From Chloroflexota bacterium (GTDB taxonomy: Bacteria > Chloroflexota > UBA11872 > VXNJ01), in NCBI GenBank assembly GCA_965261345.1, contig OZ253449.1, positions 832,001 through 896,000 of the forward strand: a DNA stretch of 64,000 bases, read 5' to 3'. Position numbers and translations under genes: made by a program. The notes below the pieces were generated by a model. That model did no database searches and was not told the DNA's origin. It saw only the letters and a list, made by a program, of their open reading frames with translations. Of this stretch, positions 20,757 to 31,531 are shown piece after piece. How positions within the stretch are numbered: the stretch's first letter is position 1; the number at the start of each line of letters is the position of its first letter.

Positions 20757-22181
20757 TCAGGAAAAACCGGCCGCGTCGGCCTTGGTTGCAATCCGGGCTG
20801 GGGCCGGCCTGGAACCGTGCGGCAGCATTCCCTGCGGGCGCAGTATCATCGCCACCACCAGCAGGGCACCGAACGCGACCAGGCGAAATTCGGATGCCTC
20901 GCGCAGGACCTCTGGCACGCCGACCAGGATCACCGACCCGATGATTACGCCCGGGACCGAGCCCATGCCGCCGATGATGACGAGGCAAAGCACGTTTATC
21001 GACACCAGGAGGGTGAAATCGCCGGGAAAGATCGCCGACTGGCGGGCGGCAAATATCGCGCCACCGATTCCGGCAAATAGCGCCCCCACCGCAAACGCCA
21101 ACAGCTTGTAGCGCACCGCCCTGATCCCCAGCGAACGGGCGACGTCCTCGTCCTCGCGCAGAGCAAACCAGGCCCTGCCGATCCGTGATCGCGCCAGCTG
21201 CAGCGAACTGATGGCAACAACCAGGGTGGCGACCGCGATCAGGTAGAGGAAATCTTTCGAATCCACCAGGGTCCGCCCGGCCACCACCGGTTGGGCAACC
21301 GCCTGCACGCCCTGTGGGCCATTGGTCAATTGCGTAAGGTTCTGCGAAAAAATGCGAATGATTTCGCCAAAACCGAGGGTAACGATCGCCAGGTAGTCGC
21401 CGCGCAGGGAGAGTACCGGGATCCCCAGCAGGACACCGGCCAGGGCCCCAATCGCGGCGGCGATTGGAAACGCCAACCAGAAATCCAATGCAATGCCGTG
21501 CAGGGGCGAGGTCAGGATGGCCATCGTATAGGCGCCAATGGCAAAGAATGCCACGTACCCCAAATCCAGCAATCCGGCATAGCCGACCACGATGTTGAGG
21601 CCAAGGCCCATCAGCAGATAGATGCCGATCGACCCGAGCACTTGGTTCCAGTAGAGCCCGGCAACCTGCGGGATCACAACCAGGGCCAGGGCGATCGCCC
21701 CCAGGTAGGCCAGTTGCGGAGGGGAGAAGCGGCGCACCGCGCCAATCGTTGGTAAGGGAATTCGCCGACGCATTGTTCCCAGAAGAAACCGGGCAACGGC
21801 GGCGCCGGCAAGGCCGAATCCGGCCCCCAGTGCAACCGCCAGCGCAGTCCTTGCCAAACCGCCTCCCAGTAGCAGGGTAGTGGCCACCGGTTGAGTGAAT
21901 TTGATCAATGACTCACCCAGATTGAACGCCAATCCAGCGGCGGCGGCGGCAAGGATGGTCACCGCCACAATGGAACCGGCCAGCGCGCCGGCCCAGGCGC
22001 GGCCGGTTCGCCGAGCGACCATGAACCCGGCCGGCGCCGCCAGCCCATGAGCTACCAGCGCACCGGGATTTATCTGCGGCCAGTAGCCATTGGCGACTCC
22101 CACCACTCCTAGCAGAGCCAGGAAAACTGCCAATCCACCAAAACCCAGCCCGGTTCGGACGGCGGCCTTAACGGGTGGCAC
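20757..22181 (-). CDS. livM: branched-chain amino acid ABC transporter permease, with N-terminal membrane extension
   Basis: GLNIVVGYAGLLDLG and LRGDYLAIVTLGFGEI motifs. Confidence 0.92.
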   Translation of the reverse strand: MPPVKAAVRTGLGFGGLAVFLALLGVVGVANGYWPQINPGALVAHGLAAPAGFMVARRTGRAWAGALAGSIVAVTILAAAAAGLAFNLGESLIKFTQPVATTLLLGGGLARTALAVALGAGFGLAGAAVARFLLGTMRRRIPLPTIGAVRRFSPPQLAYLGAIALALVVIPQVAGLYWNQVLGSIGIYLLMGLGLNIVVGYAGLLDLGYVAFFAIGAYTMAILTSPLHGIALDFWLAFPIAAAIGALAGVLLGIPVLSLRGDYLAIVTLGFGEIIRIFSQNLTQLTNGPQGVQAVAQPVVAGRTLVDSKDFLYLIAVATLVVAISSLQLARSRIGRAWFALREDEDVARSLGIRAVRYKLLAFAVGALFAGIGGAIFAARQSAIFPGDFTLLVSINVLCLVIIGGMGSVPGVIIGSVILVGVPEVLREASEFRLVAFGALLVVAMILRPQGMLPHGSRPAPARIATKADAAGFS

Positions 22182-22182
22182 T

Positions 22183-23286
22183 TTAGGCCCGTTCTCGCTC
22201 TAGCACTTCGCCAAAGATCCCGGTGGGCCGAAAGATCAATACGACCACCAGCAGACTGAACGCAATCACGTCTTTGTAGGCAACTGGAATTCCCAGCGCA
22301 AACGGCCCGATCGACTCAGCCAACCCGAGCAGGAAGCCTCCGGCCACCGCCCCGCCGACGTTGCCGATTCCGCCAACTACGGCCGCAGTAAACGCCTTGA
22401 GCCCGGGTAGGAACCCCGAATAGTGATTTACCTGGCGATTGTGAAATCCCAGCATCACGCCGCCGGACCCGGCCAGGATGGCTGCTAGGACAAAGGTGAG
22501 CATGATCACCCGGTCAACATCTATCCCCATCAAACGGGCGGTTGGAATATCTTCAGCCACGGCCCTTACCGCAACTCCGAACCGGGTCCGCCGGAGCACG
22601 TGCAGCACGATGAGTAGCATCAGGCCGGTCAGCACCACAATCATGATTCCGGTGTTGGTCACGAATGCCCCGGCGATCCGCTGCCCTCCGGCCAGGGCGG
22701 CGATATCGGTGGTGGGATAGACCTTGGCGTTTGCGCCGACGATCAACTGGGTGGCATTTTGCAGAAATATCGAGACGCCGATGGCCGAGATCAGCACTAT
22801 CAAGCGGGGTACTTCGCGCAGTGGACGATAGGCTACCCGTTCGGTGGCAACTCCCGCAAAGACCGACATCGCGATCCCGGCCGCAAACGTGAGGGTGACT
22901 GCCAGCAGCGCAAACGACTCCAGCCAGCCGGCGCTGGCCATTGCCTCGAGGGCAAAGTAGCCGGCCATGGCCCCGAGCATGAGTACTTCGCCGTGGGCGA
23001 AATTGATCATCTTCAGGATTCCGTAGACCAGCGTATACCCGATAGCCACCAAAGCATAAACGGAACCCAGCACCAGGCCATTGGCCAGCTGTTGTAGCCA
23101 GAGGGCCGGCGGATAGTCGGCACTGGTTACGGTCGCGGCCAACCGCCAGGTAACGAAACCGATGATCAGCAATCCAAGCGGCAATACGATCGCGCGGCTG
23201 CGCAACCGGGACACCAGGTCAAACGCCCGACCGAGACGCTGCTCGCTCAACGGTTCACCGCTCTCCAGGGGACCGCGTCGGGACAA
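22183..23286 (-). CDS. livH: branched-chain amino acid ABC transporter permease
   Basis: GYTLVYGILKMINFAHG and KAFTAAVVGGIG motifs. Confidence 0.92.
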   Translation of the reverse strand: MSRRGPLESGEPLSEQRLGRAFDLVSRLRSRAIVLPLGLLIIGFVTWRLAATVTSADYPPALWLQQLANGLVLGSVYALVAIGYTLVYGILKMINFAHGEVLMLGAMAGYFALEAMASAGWLESFALLAVTLTFAAGIAMSVFAGVATERVAYRPLREVPRLIVLISAIGVSIFLQNATQLIVGANAKVYPTTDIAALAGGQRIAGAFVTNTGIMIVVLTGLMLLIVLHVLRRTRFGVAVRAVAEDIPTARLMGIDVDRVIMLTFVLAAILAGSGGVMLGFHNRQVNHYSGFLPGLKAFTAAVVGGIGNVGGAVAGGFLLGLAESIGPFALGIPVAYKDVIAFSLLVVVLIFRPTGIFGEVLERERA

Positions 23287-23361
23287 TCAGCACCCATCGC
23301 GGGCCGCGCCGCGCCGTGACCAAATCGCGCCGGTTTTGGGCCTAGCGCCTCAATCGAAGCG

Positions 23362-24708
23362 TTAGACCGGCGTCCATTCGCCGCCGGCAACAATCTGGAA
23401 GGCAACCGAGCCGCTCCCGCAATCGCCATTAGCATCGCATGAAATCGTGCCGGTGAGCCCTGCGTGCCCGACGGTTGCGCGGATGGAATCGTTGATGGCC
23501 TTGCGCCGAATCAATAGCGACCCGTCGGTATCCAATTGGGAAGCCGCCTCGATCGCTGTTAGCAACACCACCGCGGCGTCGTAGCCGTGGGCGCCAAAAG
23601 GACCCTGCAGCTGATCGACATTGAAGCGTTCGAGATAGCGGGCCTCGAACTCGGCCAGTTTTTGCGGATCAGATTCGGCCAGATCGGCACCGGACGCGTA
23701 AACCCCTTCGGCATCGGGACCGGCCAGCTCAATGAATTCGGGGGCAAAGATTCCGTCTGCGCCAAAGAGGATGGTTTCAGACAGGCCGACCTGTTTTCGC
23801 TGGATCGCCAACTGGGCCGCTTCAGGATGAAAGCCACCGAAGTAAATCAGGTCGGGTAGATTGGCCGAAAGAAGGGTGAGCAGCGAGCGGAAATCATCTT
23901 CGCCGACGGTGAGTCCCTCGGTCTGGGTTATTTCTCCGCCGGCGTTTATAAAAGCTGCCTCAAACACCCGCACCAGCCCCTCGCCATAGGGACTTTGGTC
24001 GTGGACCAGGGCAGCCTTGCCCGCACCGAGCGTATTGCGCGCGAATTCGGCGGCCACCTCGCCCTGAATGGCATCGTTCCAACACACCCGGTTGGCGACG
24101 TCTAGTCCCTGGGCCGTAAATTCCACCGCAGTGGAGGACGGCGAGATCATCGGGATCCCGGACCGCTGGTAAATGGCCGCTGCAGGGATCGAGGACGAGG
24201 AACAGGTATGCCCGACCACACCCAGGATGGTCTCGTCGGCGGCAAACTTATTGGCGACCGCGGTTCCACCCTCACCGCTGCAGAGACTGTCCTGGCTGTC
24301 CAGCTCAACCCGGAAGCCGCGGATTTGGCTCAGATCCTCAACCCCCAACTGGGCACCCCACAGCACGTCCTCGCCAATGGCTGCCAGGTCGCCCGAGAGA
24401 ACTCCGGCAAAGCCGATCCGAACCGGGTCGCCCGGTTCGATTCGCACGACCCCCCAGGGATCGTCAACGACCAATGGTTCGGCCGGTTCGGGTGCAGATA
24501 CCGGCGCGGCCGCCGCGGGGGTGGGTTGCGGCGCCGGCTGGACGGCCGCCGGAGCGGGTTGCTCGGCGGCATCGTCGCACGCCGCCAGCAGGGTCGCCGC
24601 TGCGGTAGCCGCTACCCCGATACGCAGCGCCTGGCGTCGGCTCAGCCGACGGCCTAGGGCCCGCTCAACACGTACCGGATCAATAATTTGCCTAACAGAA
24701 TCTTCCAC
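23362..24708 (-). CDS. branched-chain amino acid ABC substrate-binding lipoprotein (Tat-like signal)
   Basis: SRRQAL...LAAC signal and LivJ/K-type VVGHTCS motif. Confidence 0.88.
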   Translation of the reverse strand: MEDSVRQIIDPVRVERALGRRLSRRQALRIGVAATAAATLLAACDDAAEQPAPAAVQPAPQPTPAAAAPVSAPEPAEPLVVDDPWGVVRIEPGDPVRIGFAGVLSGDLAAIGEDVLWGAQLGVEDLSQIRGFRVELDSQDSLCSGEGGTAVANKFAADETILGVVGHTCSSSSIPAAAIYQRSGIPMISPSSTAVEFTAQGLDVANRVCWNDAIQGEVAAEFARNTLGAGKAALVHDQSPYGEGLVRVFEAAFINAGGEITQTEGLTVGEDDFRSLLTLLSANLPDLIYFGGFHPEAAQLAIQRKQVGLSETILFGADGIFAPEFIELAGPDAEGVYASGADLAESDPQKLAEFEARYLERFNVDQLQGPFGAHGYDAAVVLLTAIEAASQLDTDGSLLIRRKAINDSIRATVGHAGLTGTISCDANGDCGSGSVAFQIVAGGEWTPV

Positions 24709-24796
24709 TTCTCACCTCGGTGCTTTTAAGGACCAGCGTTCGGCTTGATTTCGGTTGAGTCGTTGTGAATTGGCAACGCGGATTTGTGGGCATTAT

Positions 24797-27100
24797 CTAA
24801 TATGATCGCCGTTTCCGATCCAGCGCCGCTTGCAGCTTGGGTGGGGAAATCGGAAGGTCGCGCATCCAGACCCCGGTCGCATCTGCGACAGCGTCGGCCA
24901 ACGCCGCCGGGGCGGCCACGATCGAGGCCTCGCCGACGCCGCGAACTCCAAACGGATGCTCAGGGTTGGGAACCTCGACGATGATCGGGTCGATCCTGGG
25001 CAGGTCCAGCGCGGTTGGGGTGCGGTAGTCAAGCAGGGAGGCGTTGACCAGGATTCCCTTCTGGTCGTACCAGTATTCCTCGTTTAATGCCCAACCGGCG
25101 CCCTGGGCCACGCCGCCCTGCATCTGGCCCTCAACGTACGGCGGATAGATGGCGCACCCCGCATCCTGGGCTATCGTCCAGCGCAGGATGTCGACCTTGC
25201 CGGTTTCGACATCTATCGACACATCGCAAAGGTGCAGGGCAAAAGAAGGCGACTTGTAGGTGGGAGCCGCACTGGCGGTTGCCGAAGGTAACCGGCCGGC
25301 AACCTCGATCAGCGCCGCGGCGGCGGCAAAATCCAATTCCCCTTGAGGGCCGCTAAATCGCCCGTCGGCGAACTCAACGCCATCGGCTCCACATTCCCAG
25401 ATTACCGCCAGCTCGGCGGCCATGGCCGCGAGCAATCGTTTCCCCGCCAGGATGGCGGCCTGGCCAGTCACGTTGGTGGTCCGCGAGCCGCCGGTCGAAT
25501 GGGTGTAACCGACCGAGTCGGTGTCGACTACCACCGGCTGAATCGTGGCGACATCCACGCCCAGCACCTCGGCAAGCTGCAGGGCGATGGCGGTCCGCGA
25601 GCCTCCGATATCAACCGAACCTTCGGTCAGGGTGACCGTCCCGTCGCCATGCAGGCGCAAATCGAGCGAGGAGACAAACGTGTTGTTGCGCCACATTCCG
25701 CTGGCAAAGCCACGGCCGCAAACGCGATTCGAATCCTTAGACCGCGGCAATGGCGACCGAAAGTGCGGGCTCGCTTCGATCGCCGCGATGCATTCCAGGT
25801 TGCCGGCCACCGGCAGGGTCGTCCCGTCCGCCCGCCAGGCGCCGGCAACTGCCGCATTGCGGCGACGAAATTCCAGCGCGCCAATTCCCAGCCGATCACA
25901 GATTTCGTTCATGAGCGACTCGACCGCGAAACTGGTCAGCGGTGCGCCGGGAGCGCGATAAGCGTGCACGTGCGGCTTGTTTACCAGCACCTCCCACCCT
26001 TCGATCTCGACATTCTCGAGCCAATAGGGCCCGAAAGCCATCAGCATCGCCTGGGCCAGCGAGGAACCGGGATGCATGCCGGATTCGAGCACAACCTCGG
26101 CCCGCGCCGCGGTGATCTTCCCGGAGTTTGTTACCCCGACTTTCACCCGAGTCCGGCTCGCCGAAGTTGGCCCCGAAGCCCTAAGAACATCGGTGCGGCT
26201 CATCGTCATCTTGACCGGGCGCGCGCACTTGCGGGCCAGCAATGCCGCCGGCAATTCCAGATACGAGGTCAGTTTCCCGCCAAATCCACCACCGATTTCC
26301 ATCGGATGCACGCGGATCCTGGAGGGTGAGAGCGCCAGCAGCTGGGCCAGCTCGGCCCGGATCGCAAAAGCCCCCTGGGAAGAGCACCATACCTCCAGCT
26401 GGCCGTCTTCGAGCCAACGCGCGGTCGCGTTGTGGGGCTCGATGTACCCCTGGTGGACGGTGCTGGTCGAATATTCCCGCTCAATAACCAAATCAGCGGC
26501 GGCGAACCCGGCCGCTAGGTTGCCGTGGCCAACCAGGCTGTGCACCGCCACGTTTGAGGGCTGCGTATCGATCCGCCCGTCATGATCCGTGTACACGTCG
26601 GGAAGGATCAGCGGCGCGCCTTTGTCCATCGCTTCGCGAGCGGACATGATCGGCGGCAGCAGCTCGTAGTCAACCTGAATCAGTCGGGTGGCGGCTTCAG
26701 CGGTGTGGGGATTTAGGGCAGCAACTGCGGCGATTGCATGACCGTCGTAGAGGACCTTGTCACCGGCCAGCATGTTCATCGACTTGTAGGAGATGCGGGC
26801 GTCGATTCCCTCCCCCAACTCGGCGAGGCGATCGGCAATACTGGGCAGGTCAGCCGAAGTAACAATTGCCAAGACTCCGGGTAGGGCGGTCGCCTGTGAG
26901 GTGTCGATTGCGCGGATGCGGGCGTGGGCGTGCGGGGAACGCAGCATCGCGCCGTAGGCCAATCGGCCGGGAAAGACGTCGGCGCCGTAGCGGGCCCGAC
27001 CGGTCACCTTATCAACGCCGTCATGGCGAACCGGCCGGGTCCCGATTTGCTTGTACTGCGGCTTGGCGGGGGCCTGCGCCAACTCGGTTAGGATCGCCAT
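24797..27100 (-). CDS. xanthine dehydrogenase/CoxL-family molybdopterin-binding subunit
   Basis: DKVTGRARY, RSPHAHA, IGGGFGGK, AYRAPG, EGQMQGG and RGVGE motifs. Confidence 0.9.
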   Translation of the reverse strand: MAILTELAQAPAKPQYKQIGTRPVRHDGVDKVTGRARYGADVFPGRLAYGAMLRSPHAHARIRAIDTSQATALPGVLAIVTSADLPSIADRLAELGEGIDARISYKSMNMLAGDKVLYDGHAIAAVAALNPHTAEAATRLIQVDYELLPPIMSAREAMDKGAPLILPDVYTDHDGRIDTQPSNVAVHSLVGHGNLAAGFAAADLVIEREYSTSTVHQGYIEPHNATARWLEDGQLEVWCSSQGAFAIRAELAQLLALSPSRIRVHPMEIGGGFGGKLTSYLELPAALLARKCARPVKMTMSRTDVLRASGPTSASRTRVKVGVTNSGKITAARAEVVLESGMHPGSSLAQAMLMAFGPYWLENVEIEGWEVLVNKPHVHAYRAPGAPLTSFAVESLMNEICDRLGIGALEFRRRNAAVAGAWRADGTTLPVAGNLECIAAIEASPHFRSPLPRSKDSNRVCGRGFASGMWRNNTFVSSLDLRLHGDGTVTLTEGSVDIGGSRTAIALQLAEVLGVDVATIQPVVVDTDSVGYTHSTGGSRTTNVTGQAAILAGKRLLAAMAAELAVIWECGADGVEFADGRFSGPQGELDFAAAAALIEVAGRLPSATASAAPTYKSPSFALHLCDVSIDVETGKVDILRWTIAQDAGCAIYPPYVEGQMQGGVAQGAGWALNEEYWYDQKGILVNASLLDYRTPTALDLPRIDPIIVEVPNPEHPFGVRGVGEASIVAAPAALADAVADATGVWMRDLPISPPKLQAALDRKRRSY

Positions 27101-27167
27101 CGCGGCGGTGCCTTTACGTTCGACCAATCATTTTCCATTTATATAGCCAGACGGTTGTCGGAAGGGC

Positions 27168-29453
27168 TTAGCCGCGCGCTGGTTCCGGATCGCCCAGATC
27201 CAGGTAAAACGGACTGGTCCAGGCCATGTTGCAGTCGGCCTGGATGATCCGCAGATGGTAGCCGGCGCTGCGCAGGCCGTCTCCGGGCAACTCCCAATCA
27301 AACTCGATCAGGCGGTCGCCGCCCGGACTTACCCGTTCGGCCTGGACCTGGCAGTCAATTCCGGCGCCGGCCTGCGTGTACACCGAATCGCCAAGCCGGT
27401 CAAGGTCCAGCTCGAAGCTGGCCGGCCCGGAGACAAATTCGAGCCAGCCGCCCAGCTCCCGCAGTTCGATTTCGATACCGTCGTAATCACCCTCGGTTGC
27501 GGATCGCCAGGCAAGCAAATCCGGAGCCTGGTCGATCAGGCCTTCGCCCGGGTGGTCAAACCCGACTCCGTGCGCGGCCAATATCGAATTGCCGTGAACC
27601 GTTAGCCGACCACTCCAGTTGAGCGAGCGGCGGCGCCCGTAACTGGCCGCTCCCTTCCAGGTGATGCGCAGATGGCGTGAATTGGCGCTGCTGCGCGGCC
27701 GCAGCACCGATACCGGCTCCCAGTCGCAGAGCAGGTCGATCTGCTGGATCGGGGCAGTCCCGTCAACAAAACCGTTCACTCGCAGCGGCTGGCCCGCGGC
27801 CAGCGCGAGGTTGGAGCCAATTGGTTCCCCGTTGCCCAACGCGTCAACGAGCATCCTCACGCCGGTGGTCCCGTAGCAGCGCCTCGCCCGCAATGCCGCA
27901 AAAATCGACCGCCGATCGAGCCTTGGCGTGAGCACCGCCGCCAGCCCGCCGGTGACCCCCAGACCGTCCTCACCGGCCTTTACCGCCGGTCGCGCCGCCC
28001 CCGGCCGACCAACGTGCACGTCGGAGCCGCAAAAGTAGCCGACTTTCAGGCCGCGCGCGCGCGCCTGCCGGCCCAGCCATTCGAACGTCCCGTGGGCCGA
28101 GTGAATCTCGATTACCGGTTCAAGTTCGCAGTCGTGGAAGTCGAGGTTGGCATAGCGGCCGCCCACGTGCGGGACCAGGAGCACGTCATCGCGCCCGGCC
28201 AATCGATCGTAGAGCTCGGAAACCGGGCAGGCGTCGCTGGCGGCATCCGAAACATCTCGCAGCAGGGCATGCGAGGAGCGGTGCAAGGGGCCATCGTCGC
28301 CGAGGAAGTGAACGTTGCGATCCCCGCCGGTCGTGGTGTTGCCGGACCACTCCCAGCCAAAGAAGGGGATGAAGCGGCCCGGCCGGTGCAGCTCCCTGGT
28401 CAGACTTCCCAGGGTCGCCAGGAACTCGTTCGTTATCTGAAAGTCGTTGGCTTGGTGACCGACGAATTCGACGAAGGCATCGTCACGGGCAAATCGAAAA
28501 TAGTCGGCCGCCTCCAGGGTGCCAACCGATTCACGGCTTTGACCGTGCAGGTCGCCCCAGCGGATGCGCCGGTTGTCGGCGCTTCCGGGACCAATATGAA
28601 CCGGGTTGGAGGCCCCCTCGGCCAGGCCCGGTGCCCGCGCCGTAAATCGCATCCGGCCAGGCTGGCCGGCGGTTAGGCCCGAAATCACCCGGACCCCACG
28701 ATCGCCGGGCTGCAACTTGATCTGATCTGGCAGACCGGCAATCGGCAGCGAAACCGACAGCTCGACCGCGTTGCCGGCAAATTCGTCGCTGTTGCCCCAG
28801 CGGTCGACCACCCGCAGGTGCAGCTCGAACGGTTCGCCGACGGCAAATTGCGATCCGCAGCGAAGTTCGATGGCACTGCCTGCGTCCCCCAGCACGCACA
28901 GGGCGGGGTGGTCCTCAACCGGGAAGTATCGCTGCGCCCCGAACGGATCAACGTGAACTTGAAATTCCGAACACGGCTCGCGGAAGGTCTGGGCCCGGCG
29001 GCCCGGTCCGCCGCCGGATGTATCGCCGAGGGTTATCTCGACCCGCTCGCCGGGCCGCAGTGATCCATTGGCCACGGTCGCCAGCAGGGTTCGCCGGAAT
29101 GGGCGCTCGTGCAGGGATTCAAACCAGGCCAATTCGATGTCGGCCTGGCCGTCGGTTGCCGCGGTGGTGTATGCGGCAGCGCCCGGATCGCTAAATTGCG
29201 GCCTCTCCCAGTCGGCAACCTGGCGCTCGCAGATCCGGATGTGACCACCATCGTCTACGCCGACCACCCCGCAGACAAATACGATCTTCCAGGTGCCATA
29301 GGTACCGGCCAGGACCAGGCCATCCGGTTCAATCCAGGCCCGTCCCAGCAAATCTGCGTCAAACGGTGGCGTGATTCCGGAAAAGGGCCGTGGCGGATCG
29401 GCGCCTTCCCGATCGGGGGGCGGTTGGCGAGAACTAGAATTTGCATTCATCAA
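27168..29453 (-). CDS. DUF3604-like PHP-fold protein
   Basis: WGDLHGQS, GGDRNV, HVGGR, GSDVH, RRCYGTTG and AWTSP motifs. Confidence 0.75.
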   Translation of the reverse strand: MMNANSSSRQPPPDREGADPPRPFSGITPPFDADLLGRAWIEPDGLVLAGTYGTWKIVFVCGVVGVDDGGHIRICERQVADWERPQFSDPGAAAYTTAATDGQADIELAWFESLHERPFRRTLLATVANGSLRPGERVEITLGDTSGGGPGRRAQTFREPCSEFQVHVDPFGAQRYFPVEDHPALCVLGDAGSAIELRCGSQFAVGEPFELHLRVVDRWGNSDEFAGNAVELSVSLPIAGLPDQIKLQPGDRGVRVISGLTAGQPGRMRFTARAPGLAEGASNPVHIGPGSADNRRIRWGDLHGQSRESVGTLEAADYFRFARDDAFVEFVGHQANDFQITNEFLATLGSLTRELHRPGRFIPFFGWEWSGNTTTGGDRNVHFLGDDGPLHRSSHALLRDVSDAASDACPVSELYDRLAGRDDVLLVPHVGGRYANLDFHDCELEPVIEIHSAHGTFEWLGRQARARGLKVGYFCGSDVHVGRPGAARPAVKAGEDGLGVTGGLAAVLTPRLDRRSIFAALRARRCYGTTGVRMLVDALGNGEPIGSNLALAAGQPLRVNGFVDGTAPIQQIDLLCDWEPVSVLRPRSSANSRHLRITWKGAASYGRRRSLNWSGRLTVHGNSILAAHGVGFDHPGEGLIDQAPDLLAWRSATEGDYDGIEIELRELGGWLEFVSGPASFELDLDRLGDSVYTQAGAGIDCQVQAERVSPGGDRLIEFDWELPGDGLRSAGYHLRIIQADCNMAWTSPFYLDLGDPEPARG

Positions 29454-29480
29454 CAGAATTTATTGGGTGGGTGAGCGCCA

Positions 29481-29789
29481 ATGATCCAAGAAGTAGATCT
29501 CCAACGCGCCAAGGAACTGATCGGCGACGGGGTTGCAATCATCGACGTGCGCGAACAGCGTGAATATGACGCTGCTCACGTACCCGGTGCCAAGCACCTT
29601 CCGCTCAACACTATCTTGATGGACACTTCGACCCTGCCTGAAGGCGACATTTTATTTGTCTGCAACGTTGGCGTCACGTCGCGGGTGGCATCGGAAATGG
29701 CTCTGGCGGCGGGGCGCGGTAACGTTTACAACCTCTCTGCCGGAACCAAGGGTTGGGTGGCGGCAGGCAACTCAGTGGAAACCGCCTGA
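29481..29789 (+). CDS. rhodanese-like domain protein
   Basis: IDVRE..EY...HVPGA, active-site Cys (VCNVG) and GTKGW. Confidence 0.88.
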   Translation: MIQEVDLQRAKELIGDGVAIIDVREQREYDAAHVPGAKHLPLNTILMDTSTLPEGDILFVCNVGVTSRVASEMALAAGRGNVYNLSAGTKGWVAAGNSVETA

Positions 29790-29879
29790 CCTGCGGCGGC
29801 CTCAACCAACTGGCCGATAACCGCCACTCATCATTAACGCGCATCCAAACGCAGTAACTAAATCGAAGGAATAAAGAAG

Positions 29880-30719
29880 ATGTTTACGCCCGAGCAAGTG
29901 CGCCGCTACAGTCGCCATATGCTCCTGCCCGAGGTTGGCCCGATGGGGCAGCAGCGACTGCTCTCGGCCTCGGTCGTGCTCATTGGCGCGGGTGGCCTGG
30001 GTTCTCCGGCCGCCTACTATTTGGCCGCCGCCGGGGTAGGCAAGATTGGGCTGGTCGACCACGACGTGGTTGAGGACTCCAACCTGCAGCGCCAAATCCT
30101 CCACGACACCGCCCGGGTGGGCGTGCCCAAAGTTGAGTCGGCGCGGCAAACCCTGCAAGGGTTAAACCCTGATGTCGAGATCGTCACCTACGACGAGGTG
30201 ATCGATTCGCAGAATGCGATGCGCATCATCGCCGACTATGACTACGTCGTAAACGGGTGTGACAATTTCCCGACCCGCTACCTGGTCAACGACGCCTGCG
30301 TTCTGCTGGGCAAGACCATGATCGACGGCTCGGTGCTCAAATTCGAGGGCATGGTATCGGTATTTGCGCCCGGCCATGGCTGCTATCGCTGCATGTACCC
30401 GGCACCGCCTCCACCGGAGCTGGCGCCCTCCTGCGCCGAAGCCGGGGTGCTTGGCGTTGTCCCCGGGGTAATTGGCTGCCTGCAAGCATCCGAGACCATC
30501 AAGCTAATTCTGGGACTTGGCGAATCGCTGAGCGGTCGGTTACTTACCTGGGACGCGTTGGAGATGGAATTTATCACCTTCCGGACCAAGCGGCGGACCG
30601 AGTGCCCGGTCTGCGGCGACAACCCCAGCATTACCGAACTGATCGACTACGAGGAATTCTGCGGGTTGCCGGCCCCGCGCCAATCGCGCGAAGAAGAACT
30701 GGTAGCCGGGGCCGTATAA
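29880..30719 (+). CDS. moeB: MoeB/ThiF-family adenylyltransferase
   Basis: RYSRH, GAGGLG, SNLQRQ, DNFPTRY, CYRC and CPVC motifs; no fused rhodanese domain. Confidence 0.9.
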   Translation: MFTPEQVRRYSRHMLLPEVGPMGQQRLLSASVVLIGAGGLGSPAAYYLAAAGVGKIGLVDHDVVEDSNLQRQILHDTARVGVPKVESARQTLQGLNPDVEIVTYDEVIDSQNAMRIIADYDYVVNGCDNFPTRYLVNDACVLLGKTMIDGSVLKFEGMVSVFAPGHGCYRCMYPAPPPPELAPSCAEAGVLGVVPGVIGCLQASETIKLILGLGESLSGRLLTWDALEMEFITFRTKRRTECPVCGDNPSITELIDYEEFCGLPAPRQSREEELVAGAV

Positions 30720-30724
30720 CGGCG

Positions 30725-31471
30725 ATGGTAAATATCGAGGGCGCGGCGGCCCTGATAACCGGCGGCGGCACCGGCAGCGGGCGGGCCTGCGCCGAGGCCC
30801 TGGCGGCCCTTGGCGTTTCCGTTTGCCTCAACTATTCACGATCGGCGGCAGAAGCGCAGGCGGCCGCCACGGCTATCGATGATGCCGGCGGGACGGCCAT
30901 AACGTACAAGGCCTCGGTCGGCGACGAAGCCCAGGTCAAGGCAATGGTTGACCATGTTGCCGAGCATTTCGGCCGCCTCGACATCATCGTCAACAGCGCC
31001 GGAACCACCCATTTCATCCCTCATACTCAGTTGGACGATATGACCGACGAGAAGTGGGACGAAATTCTCCAGGTCAACTTGAAGGGGTCGTTTTACACGG
31101 TGCGCTGTGCGATCGAGCACCTCAAAGCCTCGCCCTGCGCCAGCGTTGTATCAATCTCATCGGTGGCCGGATTGAGTGGTGGTGGCAGTTCGATCGCCTA
31201 TGCGGTTTCCAAGGCCGGCCAGATCAGCATCACAAAATCGTTGGCGCGCGCCTTTGCGCCAATCCGCTTTAACGCAATCGCCCCGGGGGTCATCCTCACC
31301 CGTTGGGTCGAGGGCAAGGACGATTTCATCGCCAGCTACATCGATAGGACCCTGCTGGGCCTGGCCTGCACGCCGGCCGACATCGGCCAGGCCTGCGCTT
31401 TCCTAACCCAGGCGGGCACGATTACCGGGCAGACCCTGGTGCTCGACGCCGGCATCGGGTTGGGGAAGTAG
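30725..31471 (+). CDS. SDR family oxidoreductase
   Basis: TGGGTGSG, VNSAG and YAVSK motifs. Confidence 0.9.
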   Translation: MVNIEGAAALITGGGTGSGRACAEALAALGVSVCLNYSRSAAEAQAAATAIDDAGGTAITYKASVGDEAQVKAMVDHVAEHFGRLDIIVNSAGTTHFIPHTQLDDMTDEKWDEILQVNLKGSFYTVRCAIEHLKASPCASVVSISSVAGLSGGGSSIAYAVSKAGQISITKSLARAFAPIRFNAIAPGVILTRWVEGKDDFIASYIDRTLLGLACTPADIGQACAFLTQAGTITGQTLVLDAGIGLGK

Positions 31472-31531
31472 GATTCGAACTCAAGGTGGGGTCACAATCG
31501 GCCCGCAGCAATAAAGGGTTGGACGGACCAG

